Below are positions 28,053 to 41,342 of a stretch of DNA of 57,427 nucleotides, one piece after another. Numbering within the stretch: position 1 is the first letter of the stretch; each line of letters starts with the position of its first letter. The notes under the pieces are model-generated. The model was not told where the DNA came from. It did not search any database and saw only the letters and a program-made list of their open reading frames with translations. Source of the stretch: Tubiluchus corallicola (Eukaryota; Animalia; Priapulida); the NCBI GenBank assembly GCA_030141605.1, contig JAQGDQ010000853.1, positions 29,843 through 87,269 on the forward strand. The letters run 5' to 3'. The translations under genes and the position numbers were made by a program.

Positions 28053-28638
28053 GTTAAAAGCAAAACCGGATCCAGTTCTAAACTGTATGCCAAAACAATC
28101 TATTCTTTAAAATATTGAAAGAAAACATACTATTTTTCCAGTATGCCTTACATGAAAGAATTATTACCACACAAACACAATTTCACGTTCGCGCCACTAG
28201 TTCTTTGCTGTTACATGCATTTCTCCATTCGATAGTTAGACGGGCACTAGCGCCTGCATTTCGGAAACGCAATGTACAAAAACCAAATGCTGTACTTTTC
28301 AGTTCAAATGTGTTAGTTTGTGACTAACTACACACGTTCGATACTTCATGCATGAGTACAGCAGTAATTTTGAAATTTTATCTTAAAACTTGCCTAGTTT
28401 TAGTACAACACACTGAATATCTTACAGTAGCACTGTACTTCAATTTTCGCTTTCACAAACACGTGCAACACGCTTGTGGAATATTTTTGCTGTTAAAATC
28501 ATGTTTGTTTGTGATGTCATCAACAGTTGGGCCGTTAATCAAGATTTTAATTATGGGAAACGCTTTTGCAGCATTAATTGTGTTAAAATGTATAGTTTCT
28601 ATCGCCGGTATATGAAAAATTATCCTGTCTTCCTTTAA
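28053..28638 (+). mobile_element. Kolobok-like non-autonomous element, best-preserved copy
   Basis: Begins ttaaaagcaaaac and ends cctgtcttcctttaa (TTAA-flanked, short AGGAARAC-like termini). Confidence 0.6.
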
Positions 28639-29969
28639 ATCTAACAGGGAAAGTTGGAAACCTGTAAAACTATACTATGTGTACTGTATAGAAATGTAAC
28701 ATTACACACGTTAGCTTCTGTGCTTGCAAGGCATGTGGGTACGAAAGCTTATACGAAAGCTTTGTTTTAAAATCATATCATCCTGTCCTTTCACCATTTT
28801 TAGTTTTTTTCCTTGAGGACCGTAAGTTTTTACTGCATTCTGCATGGCTTCATGAAAAACTGCTCTCACTAAGCAACGATTACATTATATTCCATAACTT
28901 TTGTAGGTTTCAGCTCCTCACACAATGGATTTTCATGCAAAATTATATATGAAATGCATTCGCTTACCTTGGACAAATTAACAATCGATTTTTGACGAAC
29001 AAATTGAATAAAGCTTTCAATAACTGCAGCGTTTGCACTGTAACAATGTACAGTATCACTCGTGGCTAATGCCACTATCCAGACACAACACTCTGATAAA
29101 CTTTGACCTCAAGTCTACTCTAGTTTTAAGAGGAAATTCCTGCCAAAATATTAAACAACCCTAATTTATCCTTGGCTGATTGGTTGGTTTTTCCTGGAAT
29201 AGCTGTAGAACACTGCACTGCCTGGACTGTAGCAAGCAGGTGATCAATAAATTAGTGTGTACGATCACGCAAGTGTACACCAGACTAAGCTACTCCATAG
29301 GCTAAGTTAGAGTGCGTGAAATGGGCGTGTGTTTTTCTTAATTTTATCCAATTAAATCACTTATAAATGTTTAAACAAGTAGCATGATTGGATAGCCGAG
29401 ATTCTCCTGAATAGAACAGTAGCTAATTTTGTAATCATTTAGTTATGTCTGTACTCATACAGTAGCAGAACAGTAATGAGACCTGTTTTGAATAGTACGG
29501 TCCTGAAGGAGTAATGGCTTCCCAACAAGATACGTGGACATTAAATCAAACTCACGCTTAAATTAAGGAATAGTTTTTCATCTGATTGTAACTGAAAACT
29601 AATTGGGATTTACAAAATTAATTGTTTTTAATTTAATAATTAACAGTTTAAAATAATAATTTTTAGATGGGTAAGAGTTGAGGACACGAGGGATCGCCAT
29701 TGCGAAAGAGGGGAGGAAGGGGTCATCCTTTGAGAACCTCCTCTGTCCAAACGCAGTCTTTTCCCCGGCCCCATCGTTCTTCTATGAAAACAGCATTTGT
29801 TAAATTCACAAATTAAGCTGTTTAATTTTACAGCCGGAAAATACTGCCAATATAATTGATTTTATAACAGTTCTTGGAGCCGTAGAATAATAATAGTAAT
29901 TCTTATGACAGTTAAAAATGCCCGAAAAAAAGTTCAAACTCGTGCGCAGAGAAACGTGGAGCGTTATAA

Positions 29970-30297
29970 AGACGTGTTGAGCCGCAACAATGCGCGTTTG
30001 GGGGTAATGACGTGTTGAGCTGCGGTAATACGTGTTTTACGTGTTGAGCCGTTGTAATACGTGTTTCACCTGTTGAGCCGTGGTAATACATGCTTGACGT
30101 GTTGAGCCGTGGTAATACGTGTTTCACCTGTTGAGCCGTGGTAATATGTGTTTCACGTGTTCAGTCGTTGTAATACGTGTTTGACGTGATGAGCCGTGGT
30201 AATGCGTGTTTCACGTAATGAGCCGTGGTAATACGTGTTTCACGTGTTGAGCCGTGGGAATACGTTTCACGTGTTGAGCCGTGGTAATACGTGTTTG
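29970..30297. repeat. ~29-bp minisatellite
   Basis: cacgtgttgagccgtggtaatacgtgttt repeated ~10 times. Confidence 0.9.
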
Positions 30298-30364
30298 GCA
30301 GAAGTTGTCTGACAACAGCTACTAATGTGTAACCAAAACGTTGCAATTCCCGGACCCAACTCGC

Positions 30365-30648
30365 GATTTTTTCGAAATTTTGACCAAACAGCTTGCCGAA
30401 AAAACGTTCTAGCGGCGCCTGGTGGGACTCTCGGAAGGAGATATATGGCTCTTTAGGAAGAAGAAGAACAAGGCTACACGATGATGTAGGCTATATTTTA
30501 GGAAACGTCCACTGAGAGGAGTGCCGGCGAGTTAATTAGATGTTCTATTTTCGGCAATTTTCACTTAGAAAACTGCTGACGTAAAGCCATTGTTCTGACG
30601 TCATCCATTGTACTCTGTCTATAACCTTATAACTTTAATTCAGTAAAA

Positions 30649-30680
<32 letters not shown>

Positions 30681-30760
30681 CTTTGCGTTGTAAATGAGGA
30701 CTATGTAGGATGTTCGCGTATTATTGATTATAATTGTGTTTTTGAGGGGCCTTTGCTAGT
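30365..30760 (+). mobile_element. Dispersed repeat with a Helitron-like CTAG|T 3' end (second copy at 45462-45838)
   Basis: Both copies share gaaattttgaccaaacagc..gttctagcggcgcctgg..ggactctcggaaggagatatat and stop matching after ggggcctttgctagt. Confidence 0.5.
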
Positions 30761-31256
30761 TACGTATATTAAGGCTTAAGACTGTTCATTGTACAACGGT
30801 CTATACTAGGCAGCCATTTATACGGTCTGGCTTCTATGACTGATTAATTAGCGCGCAACAATATTATATAAATACTAGACGCTATCATGTCAACACGGCA
30901 AGATGAAGACAGGTGAACAAAGTAATTAAATAAATAGAGCAAATCAATGCGCAGGTAGGCCAGAAGCTATCAAAACATTGATTGGCTAAACAATAATGTA
31001 AGATGGATGTAATAAAGAGCTTGATTGGCTACCACGGTGTAGAGAGTTTTGAACTGGAGCAAACAAGGACTTTTGCAAATTATTTCTAAACAAAGCCAAT
31101 AGCACTCAAGGTATGTATCTACAGTAGACAGGTTGCGTCCTGAATATGAATACTCCTGAATATGAATAGTGCACTCGTGACTACGTATTTGTTATTATGT
31201 AGCGACTACGACTAAATAGGCTAAGAAATTCAGCTAGGGTTGAGCCCAATAAGCCT

Positions 31257-34200
31257 TGCTTTGGATTTGTATCAATTTGTACATTCGAGTTTTTTATCTA
31301 CAGTACATGCTTTGGATTTGTATCAATTTGTACATTCGAGTTTTTTATCTACAGTACATGCTTTGGATTTGTATCAATTTGTACATTCGAGTTTTTTATC
31401 TACAGTACATGCTTTGGATTTGTATCAATTTGTACATTCGAGTTTTTTATCTACAGTACATGCTTTGGATTTGTATCTCTTTGTACATTCGAGTTTCTTA
31501 TCTACAATACATGCTTTGGATTTGTATCAATTGTACATTCGAGTTTTTTATCTACAGACATGCTTTGGATTTGTATCAATTTGTACATTCGAGTTTTTCT
31601 TTGTACATTCGAGTTTTTTATCTACAGTACATGCTTTGGATTTGTATCAATTCGTACATTCGAGTTTTTTTATCTACAGCACATGCTTTGGATTTGTATC
31701 AATTTGTACATTCGAGTTTTTTATCTACAGTACATGCATTGGATTTGTATCCCTTTGTACATTCGAGTTTTTTATCTACAGTACATGCATTGGATTTGTA
31801 TCCCTTTGTACATTCGAGTTTTTTATCTACAGTACATGCTTTGGATTTGTATCAATTTGTACATTCGAGTTTTTTATCTACAGTACATGCTTTGGATTTG
31901 TATCTCTTTGTACATTCGAGTTTTTTATCTACAGCACATGCTTTGGATTTGATCATTTGTACATTCGAGTTTTTTATCTACAGTACATGCTTTGGATTTG
32001 AATCTTTGTACATTCGAGTTTCTTATCTACAGTACATGCTTTGGATTTGTATCAATTTGTACATTCGAGTTTTTTATCTACAGTACATGCTTTGGATTTG
32101 TATCAATTTGTACATTCGAGTTTTTTATCTACAGTACATGCTTTGGATTTGTATCCCTTTGTACATTCGAGTTTTTTATCTACAGTACATGCATTGGATT
32201 TGTATCCCTTTGTACATTCGAGTTTTTTATCTACAGTACATGCATTGGATTTGTATCCCTTTGTACATTCGAGTTTTTTATCTACAGTACATGCTTTGGA
32301 TTTGTATCCCTTTGTACATTCGAGTTTTTTATCTACAGTACATGCTTTGGATTTGTATCTCTTTGTACATTCGAGTTTTTTATCTACAGCACATGCTTTG
32401 GATTTGAATCCCTTTGTACATTCGAGTTTTTTATCTACAGCACATGCTTTGGATTTGAATCCCTTTGTACATTCGAGTTTTTTATCTACAGTACATGCAT
32501 TGGATTTGTATCCCTTTGTACATTCGAGTTTTTTATCTACAGTACATGCTTTGGATTTGTATCCCTTTGTACATTCGAGTTTTTTATCTACAGTACATGC
32601 TTTGGATTTGTATCTCTTTGTACATTCGAGTTTTTTATCTACAGCACATGCTTTGGATTTGAATCCCTTTGTACATTCGAGTTTTTTATCTACAGTACAT
32701 GCTTTGGATTTGAATCTCTTTGTACATTCGAGTTTCTTATCTACAATACATGCATTGGATTTGTATCAATTTGTACATTCGAGTTTTTTATCTACAGTAC
32801 ATGCTTTGGATTTGTATCAATTTGTACATTCGAGTTTTTTATCTACAGTACATGCTTTGGATTTGTATCCCTTTGTACATTCGAGTTTTTTATCTACAGT
32901 ACATGCATTGGATTTGTATCCCTTTGTACATTCGAGTTTTTTATCTACAGTACATGCATTGGATTTGTATCAATTTGTACATTCGAGTTTTTTATCTACA
33001 GTACATGCATTGGATTTGTATCAATTTGTACATTCGAGTTTTTAATCTACAGTACATGCTTTGGATTTGTATCCCTTTGTACATTCGAGTTTTTAATCTA
33101 CAGTACATGCTTTGGATTTGTATCAATTTGTACATTCGAGTTTTTAATCTACAGTACATGCATTGGATTTGAATCAATTTGTACATTCGAGTTTTTAATC
33201 TACAGTACATGCTTTGGATTTGTATCTCTTTGTACATTCGAGTTTTTAATCTACAGTACATGCTTTGGATTTGTATCCCTTTGTACATTCGAGTTTTTAA
33301 TCTACAGTACATGCTTTGGATTTGTATCAATTTGTACATTCGAGTTTTTAATCTTCAGTACATGCATTGGATTTGAATCTCTTTGTACATTCGAGTTTCT
33401 TATCTACAATACATGCATTGGATTTGTATCAATTTGTACATTCGAGTTTTTAATCTACAGTACATGCTTTGGATTTGTATCCCTTTGTACATTCGAGTTT
33501 TTAATCTACAGTACATGCTTTGGATTTGTATCAATTTGTACATTCGAGTTTTTAATCTACAGTACATGCATTGGATTTGAATCAATTTGTACATTCGAGT
33601 TTTTAATCTACAGTACATGCTTTGGATTTGTATCTCTTTGTACATTCGAGTTTTTAATCTACAGTACATGCTTTGGATTTGTATCCCTTTGTACATTCGA
33701 GTTTTTAATCTACAGTACATGCTTTGGATTTGTATCAATTTGTACATTCGAGTTTTTAATCTACAGTACATGCTTTGGATTTGTATCAATTTGTACATTC
33801 GAGTTTTTAATCTACAGTACATGCTTTGGATTTGAATCTCTTTGTACATTCGAGTTTTTTATCTACAGTACATGCATTGGATTTGTATCAATTTGTACAT
33901 TCGAGTTTTTTATCTACAGTACATGCACTGGATTTGTATCAATTTGTACATTCGAGTTTTTTATCTACAGTACATGCTTTGGATTTGTATCCCTTTGTAC
34001 ATTCGAGTTTTTTATCTACAGTACATGCATTGGATTTGTATCCCTTTGTACATTCGAGTTTTTTATCTACAATACATGCATTGGATTTGTATCCCTTTGT
34101 ACATTCGAGTTTTTTATCTACAGTACATGCTTTGGATTTGTATCAATTTGTACATTCGAGTTTTTTATCTACAGTACATGCTTTGGATTTGTATCAATTT

Positions 34201-34347
34201 GTACATTCGAGTTTTTTATCTACAGTACATGCTTTGGATTTGTATCTCTTTGTACATTCGAGTTTCTTATCTACAGTACATGCATTGGATTTGTATCCCT
34301 TTGTACATTCGAGTTTTTTATCTACAGTACATGCATTGGATTTGAAT
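31257..34347. repeat. 51-bp satellite, ~60 copies
   Basis: Unit tttggatttgtatcaatttgtacattcgagttttttatctacagtacatgc. Confidence 0.98.
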
Positions 34348-34799
34348 GATTTGGATTTTAAGTTACCGTAATTTCAAACATAAGCGACAACTGCTAAATT
34401 TTATATGCAAGAAAATGTATATTTTGGACAGTAAATTAAAATGAGTTTGAGTCTAAACAATCGTCCGGTTTTTGCTTTAAATTATCAAATATTTCTTCAA
34501 ATTCCCTCCCTTTCTTAACATCATAGTTAATGAAATGTCTTGGTCACCACACTACCTGCAACCGCTGTATGGCGTCTAGCTAATGACAGTTTGATTGGAC
34601 AGCAACAAGATGAGTGATCATTTATTGATTGACTATGTACCTTATAATGGAAGTGATCTGATTCATGGGTATCTTGCTGTAATATGACCTGCTTGAATAC
34701 AGCAACCTTATTGTACGTTCACACTTTAGTCTATAGAGTCATTTAGCTGACGTGCCGTCACGGCAACTTCAACGCGAAGAAGGAACATATTCGTTGCAG

Positions 34800-35300
34800 A
34801 AAGGAAGACAGGATGATTTTTCATACACTATCCCATTTTCAAATCCGATAAAAAGTATGCATTTTAACACAATTAATACTGCAAAAGCGTTTCTAATAAT
34901 TAAATGGTAGATTAAAAACTTAATTGACGAGAGGCGAGCCCATCTGTTTGTGACATCACAAACTAACATAATTTTCAACAGCAAAAGGTATTCCACGCGC
35001 GTGTTACACGTGTTTGTGAAAGAGAAAATTGAAGTTAAGTGCTACTGTAAGATATTCAGTGTGTTGTACTAAAACTAGGAAAGTTTTAAGATCAAAATTC
35101 AAATTGAGCTGTCGAACGTGTGTGGTTCATCACAAACTAACACATCTGAACTGAGAGTAACGGCATCTCTTCTCTGTACAATGCGTTTTTGAAATGCAGG
35201 CGCTAGTGCCCGTCTAACTAGCGAATGGCGAAATGCATAACAGTCATTTTTGAAAAAATAGTAGATTGTTTTGACCTACAGTTTACGATTGGGTCCTACA
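34800..35300 (-). mobile_element. Kolobok-like family copy, minus strand
   Basis: aaggaagacaggatgatttttcatacac is the reverse complement of the family right end. Confidence 0.6.
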
Positions 35301-35491
35301 GTTTATACTTTCATGAAAGTAAAAATAAGCATGACATCACAAAGATGACGTCAAGGAAAATTACAAAAAATGCAAACCTAACACAGGTTTGTTACTGGTA
35401 GTCTTAAATACCTAATGCTAACAATTTCTATTTTCAGCCAAATATTACCACTTACAATTAAGACACCGTGAAACAAATTAGATTTTCCGAC

Positions 35492-35990
35492 AATCAAGCT
35501 TGTTGTTCTTGCCTTGGTTTTCTAAAATGTAATACTGGAATCAAGCTTGTTGTGCTTGCTTTGGTTTTGTAAAATGTAATACTGGAATCAACCTTGTTGT
35601 TCTTGCTTTGGTTTTGTAAAATGTAATACTGGAATCAAGCTTGGTGTTCTTGCCTTGGTTTTGTAAAATATTATACTGGAATCAAGCTTGACGTGCTTGC
35701 TTTGGTTTTGTAAAATGTAATACTCAAATCAAGCTTGTCGTTCTTGCTTTGACTTTGTAAAACGTAATACTAGAATAGAGCTTGTTCTTCTTGCTTTGGT
35801 TTTCGGTTTGGGTAGTGGCTTATGTTACTGAAGAGTGCATATATTGTAAAATGAGAATTCTGTGTTGTTCTTGTTTATCAAAGTATTTTTAACGTTATTA
35901 ACTTCCAAAATTAACTCACTTAGTTACATACCTACTTCTGCAAGCCTGTTTACCTATCTACATACCTCCTTTTTTACCTACCTACCTGTC
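35492..35990 (+). repeat. 47-bp minisatellite plus unique tail; block duplicated at 40751-41260
   Basis: aatcaagcttgttgttcttgccttggttttgtaaaatgtaatactgg x~6, then tagtggcttatgttactgaagagtgc...; near-identical ORFs at 35862 and 41132. Confidence 0.9.
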
Positions 35991-36388
35991 TACCTCCTAC
36001 CTACCTACCTGCCTACCTCCTACCTACCTACCTACCTACCTACCTACGTTCTTACCTACCTACCTACCTGCCTGCCTACCTGCCTACCTGCCTGCCTGTC
36101 TACCTACCTCCCTAACTATCTAACTACCTACCTACGTACGTACATACATACATACGTACATACATACATACATACACATGCATATATACATGCGTCTTTT
36201 TATATAGTAGACTAATAACTTGGCTTCACAATGTCAGACATACATACACATGCATATATACATACATGTCTTTTCATATAGTAGACTAATAACTTGGCTT
36301 CACAATGTCAGACATACATACACATGCATATATACATACATGTCTTTTCATATAGTAGACTAATAACTTGGCTTCACAATGTCAGACA
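35975..36388. repeat. (CCTA)n/(CATA)n microsatellite followed by a ~74-bp tandem repeat
   Basis: Read directly; atatagtagactaataacttggcttcacaatgtcagaca occurs three times. Confidence 0.9.
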
Positions 36389-36892
36389 GCTACAAGATTC
36401 TATGGACGGAATTGCATTCCAAATCAGTTCCAAATGAACTAACCCACCAGATCAATTCCGGGTTTTCTTAGTAATTTTGCCTATTATCGACGCCGAGGCG
36501 TCATCCTTACATGTTTGATGACAACCTACGCAGAGCCACTAGCAGGTTTCAGACGCTATAAACTGCCAACTTTTACCTAATCAATCCAGCAATGTATCTT
36601 TCATGGCGAAATGGGTGGATTTAATGCAAGAAAATATTGAATTTTATTTGCTGCCTGGTTGAGCATGATAGCAAAGCAGGTTTGGCTTCGATCAACGCCA
36701 CGCTTCGCTGATTCTTAGAAAGCATTTCAGAGAGAAAATCGTTACTATCGTTAAATAAATAACAGAAATTTAGTAAGAGATACTTTCAATGCAGATGTGT
36801 GTGGTTCGTTTGAAAGCCACTAGGAGGCGCTGGCTCCAGCAATTTCGAATGATGAATACTGATTCCAATCCAACATATTAGTTTGAAACGTC

Positions 36893-37375
36893 AGTTTTTT
36901 ATCTACAGTACATGCATTGGATTCGTATCAATTTGTGCATTCGAGTTTTTATCTACAGTATGCTTTGGTTGTATCATTTGTACATTGAGTTTTATCTACA
37001 GTACATGCTTTGGTTGTATCAGTTTGTACATTCAGTTTTTTATCTACAGTACATGCATTGGATTTGTATCAATTTGTACATTCGAGTTTTTTATCTACAG
37101 TACATGCTTTGGATTTGTATCAGTTTGTACATTCGAGTTTTTTATCTACAGTACATGCTTTGGATTTGTATCTATTTGTACATTCGAGTTTTTAATCTAC
37201 AGTACATGCATTGGATTTGTATCAATTTGTACATTCGAGTTTTTTATCTACAGTACATGCATTGGATTTGTATCAATTTGTACATTCGAGTTTTTTATCT
37301 ACAGTACATGCTTTGGATTTGTATCAATTTGTACATTCGAGTTTTTAATCTACAGTACATGCTTTGGATTTGTAT
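36893..37375. repeat. Second array of the 51-bp satellite, ~9-10 copies
   Basis: Same unit and orientation as 31257-34347. Confidence 0.95.
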
Positions 37376-39159
37376 GACACTGAATGTTGTACAGTAACAC
37401 CGTACTTCAATTTTCTCAATGTTTTTGCTGTTCAAAATTACGTTAGTTTGTGATGTCGTCAATAGTTGGGCTCGCCCACCGTTAATTAAGTTTTTAATCT
37501 ATTACTTATTTTTTAACACATATAACAGGGCCAAAACGCGCCTGATAATTAAGTAATAGATTAAAAACTTAATTAACAGCGATCAAGGCCAACTATTGAC
37601 GACGTCACAAACTAACACAATTGTACATTTTACCGTACTTTAAAAAGGATGCGAAAAATCGTCCTGTTTTCCTTTAATATATTTTCCTTGAAAACCTTGG
37701 CATTCACTGAAAACTAGTAGCTAATAGCTTAAATAGCTGCTGAGATTGCGACTAACAAGTCTAGAATGAGATTGATCATAAAATTTTGTTCACTTCCATG
37801 GGGAGACTTTTCAACGCCATTACAACCACGCTAATTAAAATGCCCATTAATTACATATTAATGCGATGATAATGACAACATTAATGGCGGAATAATAAGC
37901 CAACATAAATTTAAGAAGCGAGCGTCAGCTAAACAAGCGTGAATAGAGGAACTCTTCGATCGAAAGCTGATCGTAAAATTGCGTTATCGATACAAGAATA
38001 GATAGAGCTAATAAGAGAGAGTTTGCCCAACGTAATGCAAGCAGTAGATGATGCAAGCAACGTCACGCGATGCGTTTTACCAGCTGGTTACATTGCATGC
38101 AACAGTGCATGCTTGCAATGCAATCGTTGAACAGAAGAGAGAAAAACACCCGCGCGTGGTTTTTCTTACAGCCAATAAACCGTCTCTTATTTGTCTCTTG
38201 ATAACTCGCACGTTTGGAATTTTATTTAAGTTACCATGGTAACGGAAATCTCATTTACTGGCTGTATACTTGAGAATAATGGTGGCTCGCTGAGCAGGAG
38301 GCTGAGGTAATTTTCAAACATTTATTCACAACTTAAATTTCTCTGCTGAGAACATATCTATTACAAAGCGTGCAGAAATTCCTGCGTTTCGATTCGTCGT
38401 GTTGGCGATGCGTCGATTCGATTTTCTTCTTCTAATGAATATATTATACTCTGTAAGTCCTACCACTAAAGCAAAGTTGTCTGCCGTATCAGTCCAGTAA
38501 CTTCAGACGCGAGTGGCTTCTTTTTTATGCGTCGGTTTATAAAGAGTGCTTTTAAAGTCCGTGTGCAATAAGCCTGTTCACGGTTTTGTTGTGCGCATGC
38601 GCAGTTGCTTTAGGTCTGAGCTGAAGTGTACCACACAGCAACGCATCTTATCTATAACCGTCACGTGACATGTGGGTTATGCATAGCAGTCTGCTGCATC
38701 AGTTCGGTAACGTCAATTATTTTACCTGGACTTTACTTAATTATGCATTAGTCTTATGCACTAGTGTGCCACAACAGTTAAGTAAAGTAAAGCCGTCTGT
38801 CGCATCAGTTCTGTAACTTCAGTTGTTTTACTTAACTACAACTGCCACGTGACATGTCGCGTGAGGCATGCGACACGTCGTAAAGCAAAGCTGTCTGACG
38901 TATCAGTCCTGCAACTTCAGACGCAAGTGGCTTGTTTTCCTGTATCGGCACTGTATGATGTAGTGTTTCGTCCAATTATAAACTCTTCTAGGAAATGTTG
39001 ATGTATCTGAATTTTGTACGATTATATATGAAATGAAATATACGAAGTTTATGTGTAGACCAAACCAAACTGAAGACGTAAATTTGTACATCCGACTGCA
39101 CAGAGGTTTTTAAAACAAAGCCAGCTGGACGTTTGTGTAGACATTGTTGAAAATAAAGT

Positions 39160-39690
39160 TGTCGGCATCCTTCTGTCTCGGAAGACACTGGAGTGTGCGT
39201 CAAGAGAGTCAGTTATTGATCACATTGATGGAGCTGCAGCGTCGACTGTGGCTGAGCAGTGCGATCCTTGAACGTCTCCAGGGCGCACGCCTGGGCAAGG
39301 TGTATGGAGATCCTGAGTTGCCCAGACAACAGGAACCCCTTCTCTTCCTCACTGGTGTAGTCCAAAGGAAAGCGGAGCGATACGCTTGGCACCAGGTTGC
39401 CTGCAGGAGCTGCCGGAGTCAGTGAGCATGCTGCACTGGTCTGCCTTCGGGGCTCCACTCCTGATTTGGAAGGTTTACTCCTCTACACATGGCCGCTGGG
39501 TCACTTGACCTCCTCCGCCCTCTAGCCATTGGCTGCTTGTGCAGCTCCTCCGCCTAGTGTCGAGATACAGTGTGGGCATCCCGCAAGCCTACAGCACCTG
39601 GTATTCCTAGGAGGTCACCCATCCAGGTAGTAACCAGGTTCTACGTTGCTGAACTTCGGTGATCAGACGAGAACCGGTGTTTTCAACGTG
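39160..39690 (-). mobile_element. 5S rRNA-headed SINE (SINE3-type) with an RTE-like body and 12-bp TSD
   Basis: 5S head 39690-39585, then a GC-rich body ending gacagaaggatgccgaca; TSD tgaaaataaagt at 39148-39159 and 39689-39700. Confidence 0.8.
39585..39690 (-). pseudogene. 5S rRNA-derived sequence (5'-truncated; SINE head)
   Basis: Reverse complement cacgttgaaaacaccggttctcgtctgatcaccgaagttcagcaacgtagaacctggttactacctggatgggtgacctcctaggaataccaggtgctgtaggctt is metazoan 5S lacking the first ~14 nt; no T-run terminator. Confidence 0.9.
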
Positions 39691-39967
39691 AAAATAAAGT
39701 ACAACAGCCGTTTTTTAAATCAAACGTTTAGGTTAAATAATAATTATCTCGGATAGTTTGTCAAATGAAACAAGTTTAGATAACTTTGAGTAAAGTTTGA
39801 AAAAATAATCAGAGCATTCGTAGCACACACGTCACAAACTAATTAAAATTTTAAGCTATTGTATATTTTTTTTGGTTAGTGGGTGGCGCACCCTGGAGCT
39901 GAGTCAATGACATTTTACCGATTGCTGAAAACATTTAAATAATAATGTCAACTAGTTTAACATTACC

Positions 39968-40533
39968 TCTTCTTCTCCTGATTCATATTGTGCGTATATG
40001 ACGTCATGTAATGACGCGGTCGGAACAGTATCGCGGGAAATTTAAAATGAAAACAAACAAAAAATCCTTGCAACGCGAGTACGATATACGCATAAAAATT
40101 GCTGTAAAGTAGTATAATTTTTTTGATGAATTTTTCTTGAAACCTACTTCAGGTGCCCCTTTTCTTGCCCTTTAAGTGAATGGCAGCTACAATCGCACTT
40201 CAAAGTTTCTATACAGCAGTTCACAGGTTCAACGAAGCAAATGTGTGCACATAATTCCAACTAGTACGATGTACGCATAAAAATGCTTATAATTTCTTGA
40301 GGAGATTTTTCTGAAGCCTACTTCAGGTACCCCTTTTCTTCTCCTGATTAATATTGTGCGTATATGACGTCATGTAATGACGCGGTCGGAACAGTATCGC
40401 GGGAAATTTAAAATGAAAACAAACAAGAAATCCTTGCAACGCGAGTACGATGTACGCATAAAAATGCATATAATTTCTTGAGGCGATTTTTCTGAAGCCC
40501 CTTCTCCTGGTACCCCTTTTCTTGTCCTTTAAA
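39968..40533. repeat. Local tandem duplication (~200 bp x2 plus a partial copy)
   Basis: atattgtgcgtatatgacgtcatgtaatgacgcggtcggaacagtatcgcgggaaatttaaaatg at ~39985 and ~40351. Confidence 0.9.
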
Positions 40534-41342
40534 CACCCCAATGCTCGGCTGTTCAGGGTGGATCAATCTCTATTAATAAAGATAATTTTAATAATATCGC
40601 TGCACTTTTCCTAAATTACACATTTTGTTCAACCTGCTTAACGAGTCTGTTCTCTGTAATTACAATCTGATTAATTAATTATGATTTGATTAATCACGTG
40701 ACTTTGAATAGCTTAGTCATCATCTTATTGTCATTTTTATTTCAGGTTTTTGTAACACTGGACTCAAGCTTGTTGTTCTTGCCTTGGTTTTGTAAAATGT
40801 AATACTGGAATCAAGCTTGTTGTTCTTGCCTTGGTTTTGTAACGTCTAATACTAGAATAAATCTGGTTGTTCTAGCCTTGGTTTTGTAACGTCTAATACT
40901 GGAATCAAGCTTGTTGTTCTTGCCTTGGTTTTGTAAAACGTAATACTAGAATCAAGCTTGTCGTGCTTGCCTTGGTTTTGTAAAATGTAATACTCAAATC
41001 AAGCTTGTCGTTCTTGCTTTGATTTTGTAAAACGTAATACTAGAATCAAGCTTGTTCTTCTTGCTTTGGTTTTCGGTTTGGATAGTGGCTTATGTTACTG
41101 AAGAGTGCATATATTGTAAAATGAGAATTCTGTGTTGTTCTTGCTTATCAAAGTATTTTTAACGTTATTAACTTCCAAAATTAACTCACTTAGTTACATA
41201 CCTACCTCTCCAAGCCTGTTTACCTATCTACATATCTACTTTTTTACCCACCTGCCTGCCTATATACGATATATATATATTAGTCATCTTATTGTCATTT
41301 TTATTTCAGGTTTTTACACCGTCATGCATCACGTGACCAGCT

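Noticed and set aside
31240-34371. 785-aa repetitive ORF
   Set aside because: The 51-bp unit is a multiple of 3; indels break the frame and there are no splice or domain signals
39500-39585. HDV-like ribozyme after the 5S head (GCUGC-acaa-GCAGC-CAAU on the minus strand)
   Set aside because: A P4-like hairpin and CAAU are present, but I could not build P1, P2 or P3
39585-39690. Functional 5S rRNA gene
   Set aside because: 5' end missing, no T-run terminator, fused to other sequence inside a TSD
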